The notes beneath the pieces were generated by a model that was not told where the DNA came from, did not search any database, and was given only the letters and a program-made list of their open reading frames with translations. From IMG/VR virus record IMGVR_UViG_3300045988_079499: a stretch of DNA of 42,466 nt; one strand, given 5' to 3'. Origin of the DNA: a virus. The position numbers and the translations under genes are program-made. Below are positions 8,294 through 18,600 of this stretch, in pieces (position 1 is the stretch's first letter; each line of letters begins with the position of its first letter).

Positions 8294-8575
8294 TTATTTC
8301 TTTGGTTCTGTATAGTTTAATGCTTTTTCACTATCTGTAATACCTTTGGTTGTTGGGTCTGGAATCATATTTAATGCATTAATTACAGTTAAGCCTAACA
8401 CATAAGGGTTACTTACTGCTCTGACTAATACATCTAATAATGTATCAAAGGATGTAATATCCTCAAACTCCAAACCAAAGTACGCTAGGATAGGTACTAC
8501 TAATGCGCCAATAAAACGCAAGATAAATGTTAGGTTGTCTTTGCTAAAACGAACTTTCCAGTTTATTTTTTTCAT
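8294..8575 (-). CDS. Holin (phi LC3 / Holin_LLH-like family)
   Basis: 93 aa, MKKINWKVRFSKDNLTFILRFIGALVVPILAYFG, with transmembrane segments. It sits immediately upstream of the endolysin. Confidence 0.65.
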   Translation of the reverse strand: MKKINWKVRFSKDNLTFILRFIGALVVPILAYFGLEFEDITSFDTLLDVLVRAVSNPYVLGLTVINALNMIPDPTTKGITDSEKALNYTEPKK

Positions 8576-8587
8576 TCTACATCACTC

Positions 8588-8866
8588 CTATTTCATAAAT
8601 AAGGATAAACCAATACTAATTAATGCTCCAATAACTGCACCAACAGTTGTACGTGTTAACCATGTATAGCTGTTTTTAAGATCAGCTAGTGCTTCTCTAT
8701 TCTGTACGGACATGCTGTACGCCTTATCTGCTTTTTCAGATTGACGCTCTAAGCGACTTCCATACTCTTTTAAGTCAGCTTTAATCTCAGGTATATCATC
8801 AAGCTTAACCTCAATTCTTGCTAACTGCTCCTTTAATGACACAAACTCCTTATCGTTTAAGTTCAT
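8588..8866 (-). CDS. XhlA-like lysis accessory protein (coiled coil plus a C-terminal transmembrane segment)
   Basis: An N-terminal coiled coil and a C-terminal hydrophobic segment (VGAVIGALISIGLSLF). It lies adjacent to the holin. Confidence 0.5.
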   Translation of the reverse strand: MNLNDKEFVSLKEQLARIEVKLDDIPEIKADLKEYGSRLERQSEKADKAYSMSVQNREALADLKNSYTWLTRTTVGAVIGALISIGLSLFMK

Positions 8867-8915
8867 AGCAAAACACTCCTATTCATTTATCACCTCATTT
8901 CCTAGGTCTGTAATC

Positions 8916-8924
8916 ATTATACCA
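8916..8924 (-). promoter_or_regulatory. Extended -10 promoter (TGGTATAAT) for the lysis cassette
   Basis: The - strand reads gatggtataatg about 50 nt upstream of the XhlA ATG. It lies downstream of the terminator at 9013..9038. Confidence 0.45.
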
Positions 8925-8942
8925 TCTATATAAGCGAAATAG

Positions 8943-8978
8943 TGTGTCTCTCACGAGCATTCTAAGGCGTTTAAATTT
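8943..8978. repeat. 36-bp direct repeat, copy B
   Basis: Matches 7152..7187 at 32 of 36 positions. Intergenic. Confidence 0.8.
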
Positions 8979-9012
8979 TGTTAGCTGGGTGATTATGCGT
9001 TTAAACGCAAAT

Positions 9013-9038
9013 AAAAAACCATCAAATGAGGGTTTTTT
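9013..9038 (-). terminator. Terminator after the RBP gene
   Basis: aaaaaaccatc-aaat-gagggtttttt: an imperfect 7-bp stem flanked by A and T runs. Confidence 0.5.
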
Positions 9039-10908
9039 ATTGTAGTGTGTAACTAAGAGCACTTAGTGAAAAATACGGTGCTTTCCCAGCTTCTGTAGCT
9101 TGACCTAATGTTTCAGCAGGTATAAATATTATTTTAGGTGTTGTCGTTATAGCAACGCGTCCACCACTACCTTTATTTGTTGCGCTATATGCGAATTCTG
9201 TTTGCGCAGGAGTAATTACGCTAGGTACATACGTATCACCAGTAAATGAAGTTCCTGTACCACTTTGAAATGGATAATAGGACGAGTCTTTCCCAATAGA
9301 TATTCCGCTAGATGGTTTTGGACCAACCTGTCCTTTGAATTCAATCTTACGAGTCCCATCAAGTTGATACACAATACGATATGCTGGAGCATTGTTCTCT
9401 TTCACTTCAAAATTTGAGTTTAATTGTAAGTTAATCCAAGGAGTCTTAGTCAATGCTTTAGCGTCTAATACGCCATTATATTTACCAGATGCGTCACTAA
9501 GCGATAATGTGATTAAACCACCACTTACCCCTGTAGTAGATTCTGATGTTAGTGTACCTGATTCATCATACATTCTCTGTCTAAGGTTTACAGTACCTTG
9601 ATGAATATCTGCTTCTGTAGTAGCAAATTTATATAGTCTTTCACCAGAACTATTTGTTAAATAGTATGAAGCACCAGCCTGTAGAATACCATCTTTAATA
9701 CCTAGTTTACCATCAGTAACTTGATTTGCACCACTAGTAACATTTTCATACTCATTCTGAAACTCAGCACCACTTATTTTACCACCGTCAATAGTACTAC
9801 CTGTCAAATGTGACGCTTGAATAGTTTTACCGATAATGGTTTCAGCAATTACGGAGCTTTCAAAAGGTATCTCAACCCACGTACCAGCTTTAGCTTCATA
9901 TACACCAGTTACTTTGCCAGAAACCACTTTATACCAGATGTCACCTTCATTGAAGTCTGGTGGCTCTGTTTCACCAGTGAATAGTTGTCCATCTGCACCA
10001 TCTTCACCTTGTCTAGCCACGGTGTAGGACTCAGCTTTTGTACCATCAGTATAGTTTAATGTGGTACGTGTCCATAAATATTGACCTCCGCTGATAGATG
10101 GAATAGTACTAGTCCATCCAGTAGTAGGTGGTGTTGTTGAGTTAGTTGACTTATTATATTCAACAATGGTAGTTGATATTCCCACACCGTCAGCTCCATT
10201 TGTTCCGTTTTGTCCGTTGTTACCTTGTCTAGCTACTGAATACCCTTGTTCAGTAGTATTATCAGTATAAGTCCACGTGGTACGTGTCCATAGGTACTGA
10301 CCTGCTGGTGTATTAGGTATTGTAGTAGACCAGTTACTTGTAGGTCTAGTAGTACCACTAGTGCTAACTGCGTATTCAATTACGGTGGTTTTAATACCAA
10401 CTCCATCCTTACCTGCTATTCCATCGTTACCTTTAGCTCCATCTTGACCCATTCTAGCTACTGAGTAGCCAGTTTCAGAAGTTGAGTCTGTATAAGTCCA
10501 TACTGTTTTAGTCCATAAGTACTGACCTGCTGGAACAGTTGGTACTTGCTCTTGCCATCCTGTAGATGGTGGTGTACTTGCATTTGTATGTTTAGCATAT
10601 GTGATGTTAGTTGATTGTAGACCAACTCCATCTTTACCAGCTACTCCATCTTTACCAGAGTCACCCTTCGTGCGCTGCCACTCATACTTAGTGTGGTCTG
10701 TAGAGTCCACCATTTCAAAGTCTGTGTAATAACCAGTAAACGCACGGTTTGTTGGGTCAGTCGTACTAAAATCAACCCCACCGTCTGAGCTATTAGCGTA
10801 TGCAATGTGCACATACGTAGTTTTTCCATCATCACCCTTTTCACCCTTCATACCAACCTCTTCTGGGTCGTAGTTTGGAAGTAGGTATTCTGATTTAATT
10901 ACTGCCAT
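9037..10908 (-). CDS. Tail fibre or receptor-binding protein with collagen-like Gly-X-Y stretches and three tandem repeats of about 75 aa
   Basis: GEKGDDGK, GKDGVAGKDGVG, GAKGNDGIAGKDGVG and GNNGQNGTNGADGVG, each followed by a ...PAGQYLWT(K/R)TTWTYTD.T.E.GYSVAR module. The nucleotide period is about 220 bp. Confidence 0.55.
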   Translation of the reverse strand: MAVIKSEYLLPNYDPEEVGMKGEKGDDGKTTYVHIAYANSSDGGVDFSTTDPTNRAFTGYYTDFEMVDSTDHTKYEWQRTKGDSGKDGVAGKDGVGLQSTNITYAKHTNASTPPSTGWQEQVPTVPAGQYLWTKTVWTYTDSTSETGYSVARMGQDGAKGNDGIAGKDGVGIKTTVIEYAVSTSGTTRPTSNWSTTIPNTPAGQYLWTRTTWTYTDNTTEQGYSVARQGNNGQNGTNGADGVGISTTIVEYNKSTNSTTPPTTGWTSTIPSISGGQYLWTRTTLNYTDGTKAESYTVARQGEDGADGQLFTGETEPPDFNEGDIWYKVVSGKVTGVYEAKAGTWVEIPFESSVIAETIIGKTIQASHLTGSTIDGGKISGAEFQNEYENVTSGANQVTDGKLGIKDGILQAGASYYLTNSSGERLYKFATTEADIHQGTVNLRQRMYDESGTLTSESTTGVSGGLITLSLSDASGKYNGVLDAKALTKTPWINLQLNSNFEVKENNAPAYRIVYQLDGTRKIEFKGQVGPKPSSGISIGKDSSYYPFQSGTGTSFTGDTYVPSVITPAQTEFAYSATNKGSGGRVAITTTPKIIFIPAETLGQATEAGKAPYFSLSALSYTLQ

Positions 10909-10921
10909 ACTTTCATCCTCC

Positions 10922-12346
10922 TTAATAGCTTAATGCTACCTCATATTTAAATTGTGACTCGTTACCAGATGTAACTAAGATGGATCTACCTGTAGCTGTA
11001 AATGTATTGTCTAATGATCCATCTGACTTATACCTAGACCAGGTGAAATCAGTTTCATTAAAAATATTTGTTACATCTTTACCAGCCCATTTTACTTTGG
11101 TACTAAGTGTGATTGTGGTGTTTCCATCTTGTGTTTTACCTCCAATAAACAATGGTGAAGAAGCTTCAATGAATATCTCATAAGGTATCTTAGAGTTGAG
11201 GTCATTTTTCAAATCATTTGCTAACTCTTGTAAACGATCAGATAAGCCACTCTCTAATCTAACAAAGTCAGATAACTCACACACCACTTGTTCTGTTTCA
11301 TAATTAACAGTCAGTTTCTGTACTCTACTAGATAAAAATAGATCTTCATTTTCATCTATGATATCTACCGTATCACCTACAGTTAATTGTGATGGAATGT
11401 TAGCAATATCAACAGTATAATTAATAACTGGAATACTGTATTTTTCTAGCCAGTTCATGGTGGTTTCTGCCAGTTCTTTCTGGTTTGTGGTTGTCCAACT
11501 CTTATGTTGTAGAAAATAATGGGAGTTTGTGTTTGTTCTACTCCACTGTTTTACATTTTGTGTGTCATACACATAGCCGTTTTCTGGATTGATAACAAAG
11601 CGTCCACTAGGGTCACTCCACTTATAGCCTTTAAGCGTAATAGGTTGATCCTTACCTTCTGGCGTTCCACCTGTAGGCTTAATTGCATTAACAAGTTGAT
11701 AAATGTCTTCCTCTGTTTCAATGGAATTAATGTCTTTATTTACATATAATTTTTTGCGTTCATCAACTCCACGATTTTTATAGATATCTATCTTACGTTT
11801 AGCCAACTGGTTTCCAACAAATTCAAATGAAAACTCTATTTCTGCATTATCAAACTGGGTTGCTACTGATTGAACTCGCTCTAATGCAGTCATATCACTA
11901 TCCCATTCAAGTGTACGTGTTAAGTTAGGTATTTCATTTTTACCAATGACGAAACCAGAGTCATAGGTAAATTTCTCAATATACCAAACAATATTATGAT
12001 TCCCTTGTGCTGGAAATGCAGGTAGGTTTTCATTAAGTAAGTCCATTCCAGCGTCTTCACATTCTAGTGTACGTATTTGAGTTAGTGGGTTATGTGTGAC
12101 TTTTAGTATTGTCATCCATACAAATTTCTGATTCAAATCTTGATAAAGTACATAATTCCCAACTGCAACATCTTTTTTTATTTTAGCAGTATTCTCTTTC
12201 GTAAACGCTAACTGCATTGTCATTCTACGAGATGCTGTCTCTAATGTGCTGACATCACTTGCACTTAATACAGGGTATTCTACATTGGCTGTTGTTGAAA
12301 CAATTGTTTTTAATTCAAAAGTGCGATCTGTTATATAAAAATCCAA
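10922..12346 (-). CDS. Tail-associated protein (Tal-like baseplate hub, short form)
   Basis: Position immediately downstream of Dit in the TMP-Dit-Tal order. 474 aa. Confidence 0.45.
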   Translation of the reverse strand: MDFYITDRTFELKTIVSTTANVEYPVLSASDVSTLETASRRMTMQLAFTKENTAKIKKDVAVGNYVLYQDLNQKFVWMTILKVTHNPLTQIRTLECEDAGMDLLNENLPAFPAQGNHNIVWYIEKFTYDSGFVIGKNEIPNLTRTLEWDSDMTALERVQSVATQFDNAEIEFSFEFVGNQLAKRKIDIYKNRGVDERKKLYVNKDINSIETEEDIYQLVNAIKPTGGTPEGKDQPITLKGYKWSDPSGRFVINPENGYVYDTQNVKQWSRTNTNSHYFLQHKSWTTTNQKELAETTMNWLEKYSIPVINYTVDIANIPSQLTVGDTVDIIDENEDLFLSSRVQKLTVNYETEQVVCELSDFVRLESGLSDRLQELANDLKNDLNSKIPYEIFIEASSPLFIGGKTQDGNTTITLSTKVKWAGKDVTNIFNETDFTWSRYKSDGSLDNTFTATGRSILVTSGNESQFKYEVALSY

Positions 12347-12359
12347 TTCTACTCACTCC

Positions 12360-12398
12360 TTTCTTATTCATTATAACATAAAGAGAGAGACTTTTGCA
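12360..12398 (-). promoter_or_regulatory. Hairpin (11-bp stem gagagagactt/aagtctctctc) followed by an extended -10 TGTTATAAT, upstream of Tal
   Basis: The - strand reads gagagagacttgcaaaagtctctctctttatgttataatg. Confidence 0.45.
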
Positions 12399-12412
12399 AG
12401 TCTCTCTCATGT

Positions 12413-15400
12413 TTATAGATAGTTCTGTGTAATTTCTGCCGTTACCTCTGCCATGTTTGCCCACTCTGAAATAATTGGCTGAACAATGGTTTCACCTGTT
12501 TCTAACTCAAATTTTTCCCACTGATTACCTACAACGTTTAACTGGTTGTTCACTCGTCCGTTGACAAATATTTCTCTAGTTGCTGTGTCAATCTCTACTA
12601 AGTCTCCATCTTGGAAATAGTTCTTCAAGTCCTGATAGTATGGTGTTCCTTCCCAACGTGCTTGCATATCAGTCATTCTCATAATAACATGATATTTATT
12701 TGAGAAGCGCATAATCCAGAAACCAGCTTTTGTGAATTTACTTGTATCTGGCTCAGGTAATGTCCAAGTAAATTTATACTCTTTATCTATTGCAACTGTG
12801 GATAATCCTCCTGAAGTATTAGTTAGATGTTTGATTTGTACCATTCTCCATATTAGTTTATCACCTCTCCTATCCATGTTCATTTCATAAAAGGCTTTAG
12901 TGAATACTTTTCTATCTAATATTTGTTCATGTAACCTCTTATTCTTATACCACGCTTCGAACACAAGTTCATTTGATGTGAGGTTACTATCCCTAATTAT
13001 TGCAGTCATAATAGGGTCACCATTGTCATCAAAGGTTGAGAACTCAATTCTACCACGCTGTGCTTTATTATAATTATCAAATATAAACCTGAAATGTGTA
13101 GAAATTGGTAGTGTTCTATCTGTATTTGATGGCGCTTGAATATCTGCCACAATCGTTGGTCCATGCCATACATTTATTTCACCAACACCTTTAAATATTG
13201 GTGAAATTGCATCAACATCTTGTTTCATATCCCATGTACCTTGTACTAAGTTTGGTGTAGATGGATTACTATTCTTATTTGGATATACTGATTTGAAACC
13301 AGTGTTCACTTTTAGAGCTGGATTTAATGTGTTACCCCAAAAGCCTTCCTCCAGACCTTTTTCAACTCTTGCAGATTGTTTCCCATCAACGTCTTCTGGG
13401 TTACCAAATTGAAGTACCGCTCCATTTTGATTCAATAGTGCAACCAGTCCGTTTTCTCCTTTCATTCTGAATGAAAATCGTGGCTTCGTTCTGTACGTCC
13501 CATTGTTTTCAATCTTAATTAAGTCACCAACAGAGTCTCCACTTGGTACGTATTCAACCGCGTTGATATATGAAGGACTATAACCCCAATAATAATCTTT
13601 TGGATTATTTGATGGTGCTGGTGCGATTCCTTCGTATTTGTAGTATGGAATATTTGGAGTTCGTGTGTCTCCTTTTTCAATCTTGAGCCAATCAATTTGG
13701 CATGCGCCAGGAGTATCTGCTGGGGTTTGATTTATAGTAACTTTGCTAGGGTCAGAAGCTACTTTATCTACTGTAAAAGTTAATGACCACACATCAGTTA
13801 ATCCTTCTACTGGTGACAAATTACCATATCCACCAATACCTTGATTGAATACTCTAAAATTTTTATCTACTGGTTTAGTACCCTTAAGCGTTACAGTGTA
13901 CGTTTCTCCCACAACAAAAGGCTCTGTCATAGTACTGTTATATATTTGGTACGCGCTAGATTTGATTGGGAACGCAACAGACTTATTAGCAATATTTTCA
14001 CCTAAAGCCACCTTACTCAAATAATACGGTGCATCCAGTAGATTTGGCTGGTACGGGGTGGCTGTTGAGCCACGTTCAACTTTCACGTTTTTTATTTTTA
14101 ATGCTGCTTGAACATCTATAGATAAAAATACTCTAAACTTAAAATCACTTAATTTTTCCATGTTGGCACCACTATTGAATTTTACAGAAACCTTTTGCCA
14201 TACATCTGTTGAAGTTACACCATTCATATAAAAAACACCAAAATAATTACGCTTTCCTTCAAACAGTCCGTCTAATGCAACATTACAAGTTTTTAAATCT
14301 CCTACATATCCATTTTCCACAAGTACATCATATGAAATTACATAATCTGTATTATTCAAAAGATTGCCCAATGCTAAATCAAACGATTGAGCTACATCAA
14401 CTCGTGTTTTTTCTATTCTTACTCCATTATCAATTGGGGTTACATCTGCTCCTGCTACACCACCTATTATATTTTCAGCAATATATGGCTTAGTCATAAC
14501 ATTAGGATTCCCACTATAATCATAGTCACCAAAGTCTAAGCTGTTACTATACGCCTTTGCACCTACACTTGGAGCGGTTACTGTCTCACCAATTGGTGGT
14601 AGAAAACTAACCATTGGTTTACTCCATTTAATGAGATTACTTCCTCTGAAACCATACTGCAAGTTAATGGCATTTGTTTGTTCGTTTTCAATCTTAACAA
14701 CTGACCCATACTCAGTGAACTCAGTTGTTACTTTTTTAGGGATATAAACAATGTGTCTCTTAAGTATTGCTCCCTTAAGGGTATCCCACTCTTCTAGTAT
14801 TACTTGTCCAGCATAGTTTTTGTTGTTTTCTTCATCAATTGATACTACTTGTGCATATACACTAAAGTTAACTTCGTCTCCAACCTTCAAATCAGCATTA
14901 TGAATCGTTGTTGCTGGGTTCCAGTTTAGCCAGCGTTCATCAGAGCTTTTATCACGTTCAAAGTTCAAAGGTATTCCATTCGTGAAATCAGCTTGAACTA
15001 CATTAGAGTTATTAAACTTCTCATCTAACTTCTGTACCCAAGGCTTCATATATTTATTGATCGCATTATACTCACTATCAAGCATTACATTTGTTGTGGT
15101 TGAGTAGGTGTTGGAGAAACCGATTGGCTCTATAGCATGTGCTAGCCCATCTGGTACGTCAAAGGTTAACGTCAGTGGAGTATACTTCAAATCTGTTGCG
15201 TCATATTCTTCAGCTCCTGTGAAGATAGCATTAAAGTATCTATCTGGAAACATGTCAAATACTAGCTTCTGAGGTTCATCACTATTGACAAGTGTTTTCA
15301 ACTCATCCATCACTTGTGGTACTGTTTTACCTGTGTTGTCTTTAATAATAAATCCATCAATGCTTAACGTGTAATCTCCTAATCTTGTGTTTCTAAATTT

Positions 15401-15541
15401 TTTTCCATCTGTGTTACCTACTTGGAAAAACTCATTTTCTTTTGACAAAAACGGTATGTTTAATTTTGCAATTTGAAATAAATGTTTTGTCTCTTTTCCG
15501 TCAATCGTAAATGACCTAAGGAAATCATAATTTTGCCCCAT
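12413..15541 (-). CDS. Distal tail protein (evolved Dit, 1042 aa, with a large carbohydrate-binding-like extension)
   Basis: The N-terminal ~130 aa resemble the siphovirus Dit N-domain. It lies directly downstream of TMP. Confidence 0.5.
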   Translation of the reverse strand: MGQNYDFLRSFTIDGKETKHLFQIAKLNIPFLSKENEFFQVGNTDGKKFRNTRLGDYTLSIDGFIIKDNTGKTVPQVMDELKTLVNSDEPQKLVFDMFPDRYFNAIFTGAEEYDATDLKYTPLTLTFDVPDGLAHAIEPIGFSNTYSTTTNVMLDSEYNAINKYMKPWVQKLDEKFNNSNVVQADFTNGIPLNFERDKSSDERWLNWNPATTIHNADLKVGDEVNFSVYAQVVSIDEENNKNYAGQVILEEWDTLKGAILKRHIVYIPKKVTTEFTEYGSVVKIENEQTNAINLQYGFRGSNLIKWSKPMVSFLPPIGETVTAPSVGAKAYSNSLDFGDYDYSGNPNVMTKPYIAENIIGGVAGADVTPIDNGVRIEKTRVDVAQSFDLALGNLLNNTDYVISYDVLVENGYVGDLKTCNVALDGLFEGKRNYFGVFYMNGVTSTDVWQKVSVKFNSGANMEKLSDFKFRVFLSIDVQAALKIKNVKVERGSTATPYQPNLLDAPYYLSKVALGENIANKSVAFPIKSSAYQIYNSTMTEPFVVGETYTVTLKGTKPVDKNFRVFNQGIGGYGNLSPVEGLTDVWSLTFTVDKVASDPSKVTINQTPADTPGACQIDWLKIEKGDTRTPNIPYYKYEGIAPAPSNNPKDYYWGYSPSYINAVEYVPSGDSVGDLIKIENNGTYRTKPRFSFRMKGENGLVALLNQNGAVLQFGNPEDVDGKQSARVEKGLEEGFWGNTLNPALKVNTGFKSVYPNKNSNPSTPNLVQGTWDMKQDVDAISPIFKGVGEINVWHGPTIVADIQAPSNTDRTLPISTHFRFIFDNYNKAQRGRIEFSTFDDNGDPIMTAIIRDSNLTSNELVFEAWYKNKRLHEQILDRKVFTKAFYEMNMDRRGDKLIWRMVQIKHLTNTSGGLSTVAIDKEYKFTWTLPEPDTSKFTKAGFWIMRFSNKYHVIMRMTDMQARWEGTPYYQDLKNYFQDGDLVEIDTATREIFVNGRVNNQLNVVGNQWEKFELETGETIVQPIISEWANMAEVTAEITQNYL

Positions 15542-15571
15542 GTTTATCTCTCCTCATTCTTTTATGTATTC

Positions 15572-15609
15572 ATTATAACACAAAAAAGGGGCGTATACAA
15601 GCCCCTTTT
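15572..15609 (-). terminator. Bidirectional terminator (9-bp stem aaaaggggc/gcccctttt) overlapped by an extended -10 TGTTATAAT, between TMP and Dit
   Basis: aaaaaaggggcgtatacaagccccttttt, then on the - strand tgtgttataatga. Confidence 0.6.
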
Positions 15610-15611
15610 TG

Positions 15612-18600
15612 CTAAACTAATCCTAAATCACGATTAGCATTTAATTGATTTCTTGATTGAATCTTTTGCAGTTTACTATTTAGCTTCTCACCATCTAGCA
15701 CCACATTTGTATCTTTAGCTAAAATAGCCATTAATAACTCATTCTGTTGTTGTAACAATAGAAGCATTTGTGCCATATCAGAGTTAGTACTAGAAGTTGT
15801 TCCAGATACTGGTGTTGACTGGTTGCGGTTAAGCTTCTCATTGGCATAGGCTAATAGTTGCATAGCTCTTGAACGTTTTAAACCAGACCCTGTTAATGGT
15901 ATAACTACTTCTTCCTTGTTACCTTCTCCAACTCTTGCAATGTGTTCTTTCGTGATGATTCCACCGTTTTCATAACCAACTCCACGATACGCATTTGTTA
16001 GTGAACCATATGTTGCGAGTGCATATCTGATGGAAGCAAGAATGTTAGATAATGGGTCATAGATATTACTGTTGAACCCTGGCATTGCATATGCTCTAAA
16101 TGTTGGGTCTATTACCTGCATTAATCCTTTTGATGGTGTACCCTTCATAGCGTTTGGATCCCACAAGTTAATCGCTTTAGGATTACCATTTGACTCTGTA
16201 CGCATTTGATTTAGTAATGCATTTAGATTTCCTGCACTGTATTGACCAGTCATTTTCAATGCTCTAATTGCTACATTACGCCAGCGTTCTACGCCACTCC
16301 CACCAACGCTATCGCCTGAAATTTGAGTGTTTTGTGGGTCTTTCACACCGTTTAAATGCACGTGATCATAATGGTCTCCAGCTGGCCATGGTCTCCAATC
16401 GTCATGAATACCTGTACCTGATTGTCCTGAACGGTCACGAACCTTCCCATTAGTGATGACATAACCAATCTTGGAAGCGAATTTTTCAAAAGCATAGTTT
16501 GCGGCTTCTGTGTATTTAGGTGAGCCTCCTGTGACACCTGGTAATGCAATATCAATGGCATTACGTTTACCATGTGAATACTGGTCACCTGGTCTGTATC
16601 CACTAGTTACCATGAAGCCTGGAAATTTCTTCATTACAGATTTAGCAACATCTGCTAAATATTTATAAACACCATTTGTTCCTATAGATGTATCCAAGTT
16701 ACCTGATGAGAACAAGCTAGTAATCTTTTCAGTGAGTGCGCTTGTGGCTTTAGATAGTATGCCTTTACCTACTTCTAATGGATATTTTGTCAATCCACCT
16801 AACATATCTAAACCACCAAGTACTTTCCTAGCTAACGCCCCAGGGTCTGAAATGAAATCCCACACATCACCTACTACATTTTTAAGTGTGTTTCCTACAT
16901 TACCAGCAACATTTTTCACACTATCCCACATGTTACCAAAGAAGTTAGTACCTTTCTTATAACGGTAACGAGGCGCTTTTGAACCTTGAAGTTGTGCGGT
17001 CTCTTCTGCTGTCAAGACATGTGTTCCTTTTGGTGCATTTAGAACAACGTTGCGTCCTTTAGGGATGAAGGCTCTACCATCTGGTGTGATGACTGTTTCT
17101 GCTCCACGTCCATCATTAACCATCATTGGTCCATTAATTGGGTGACCACCTTTTGGAGTACCTGTGGCGTATTGCGGTACATCCCATTCTTTTAGAGGTT
17201 CTGCACCCAATTTTTCAAGTACCCATGAAGCACCCTTGATAATCCCATTCACTGGTTTACCTATCGCTTTAAGAGCTCCATTAAATACAGATTTAAAGGC
17301 GTTTGCTACTTTACTTCCTCCTGATTTAAACTTCTCAGCTAATTCTCCTGGTAAGTTTTTGAACCACGTCTTCATCTTGCTTAGCCATGTACTAAACTTA
17401 ATAGATATATCAGTAATCCAACCAGTGAACGCCTTTGTTGTTCTAATGTTCCAGTCTTCAATACTTTTAATCATATCACCTAAGAACGTGTTTTTCAAAT
17501 TGGTTTTGATTGACTCAGATATGCGATCATACATGCCTTTGATCTCATCCCATGCTCCAGACCAGTCACCTTTGAATATTTTACTCCAAATTTTGATAGT
17601 ACTAGAAATGATAATCATGGTTGTTTCTATTGTTGCCATGATGAGCCCAAGTTTTATTTTCAGTGTTTCCCATAATATAGTGAATGCATTAATAAGAATG
17701 TCACTGTTGCGTTTTCCTGATCCACCAAAGTTATCTAGTGCGCCACTAATGTCTGCTAAATAACCTGTGATACGACTGAGCCATCCAGCAAACTGTTCAA
17801 ACAGAGGTAATAAATCAGGTGCAATTACCTCCTCCCAAATCTTAACTAAGTCTTTACATGCTTGAATCATTTTGTCCAAGCCGTCTTCAAGAAGTCTTAC
17901 AATAGTTTCTTTAACAGAATCAAGAGCAGTCTTAATATTTTCTTTAGCTGTTTCTAATGCGTCTATGTCTCCTTGACTCATTCCTAACGAACGTAGTAAT
18001 GAATATCCTTGCATTTGAGTAGCTTCGTCACCAGTAAACAGTTGCCAGAAACCTTTGATGTATTGAGTTAATGTTTCACCTTTCTCCTTAACCTGTGTGA
18101 TGAAATCATCTAACGCCCAGATACTTTCCCAGCTGAATCCCATCATATTTAAAATATGTTGATCAGTTACTGTATCCGTTCCATTCCACATTTTACCAAT
18201 AATATCTTTTAAGTTTGAGATAAAGTTTTCAACATAAAAGAAAAAGAAATCAAGGGTCTTCATGGCATTAGGCAATGTTTTATTGAAGAAATTTTCAATT
18301 GGTTGTGTCATCCCACCAGTAAACTCTTGTGCCCAGATAGCAATTGAATTAACCGTTCCTTTCACTCCGTTTGTGAAAGCATCCCATGCTGTGGTATTAG
18401 TCATGGTGTTATTCAAATCTTCTGCGCTTCCTTTAGTTTCTCCAAAGGAAGTACTAGCTCCTGCCATTGCTTTGATTACTTTAAGTGAGTTGTCTTCACC
18501 TAGTGCAGACCACACTGTACTCGCTCTATTTAGAGAATCATATCCCCCCTCCATATTCGCAAAGTCGTTCATCATGCTCTTGACTACTTCACCCTGAGTC

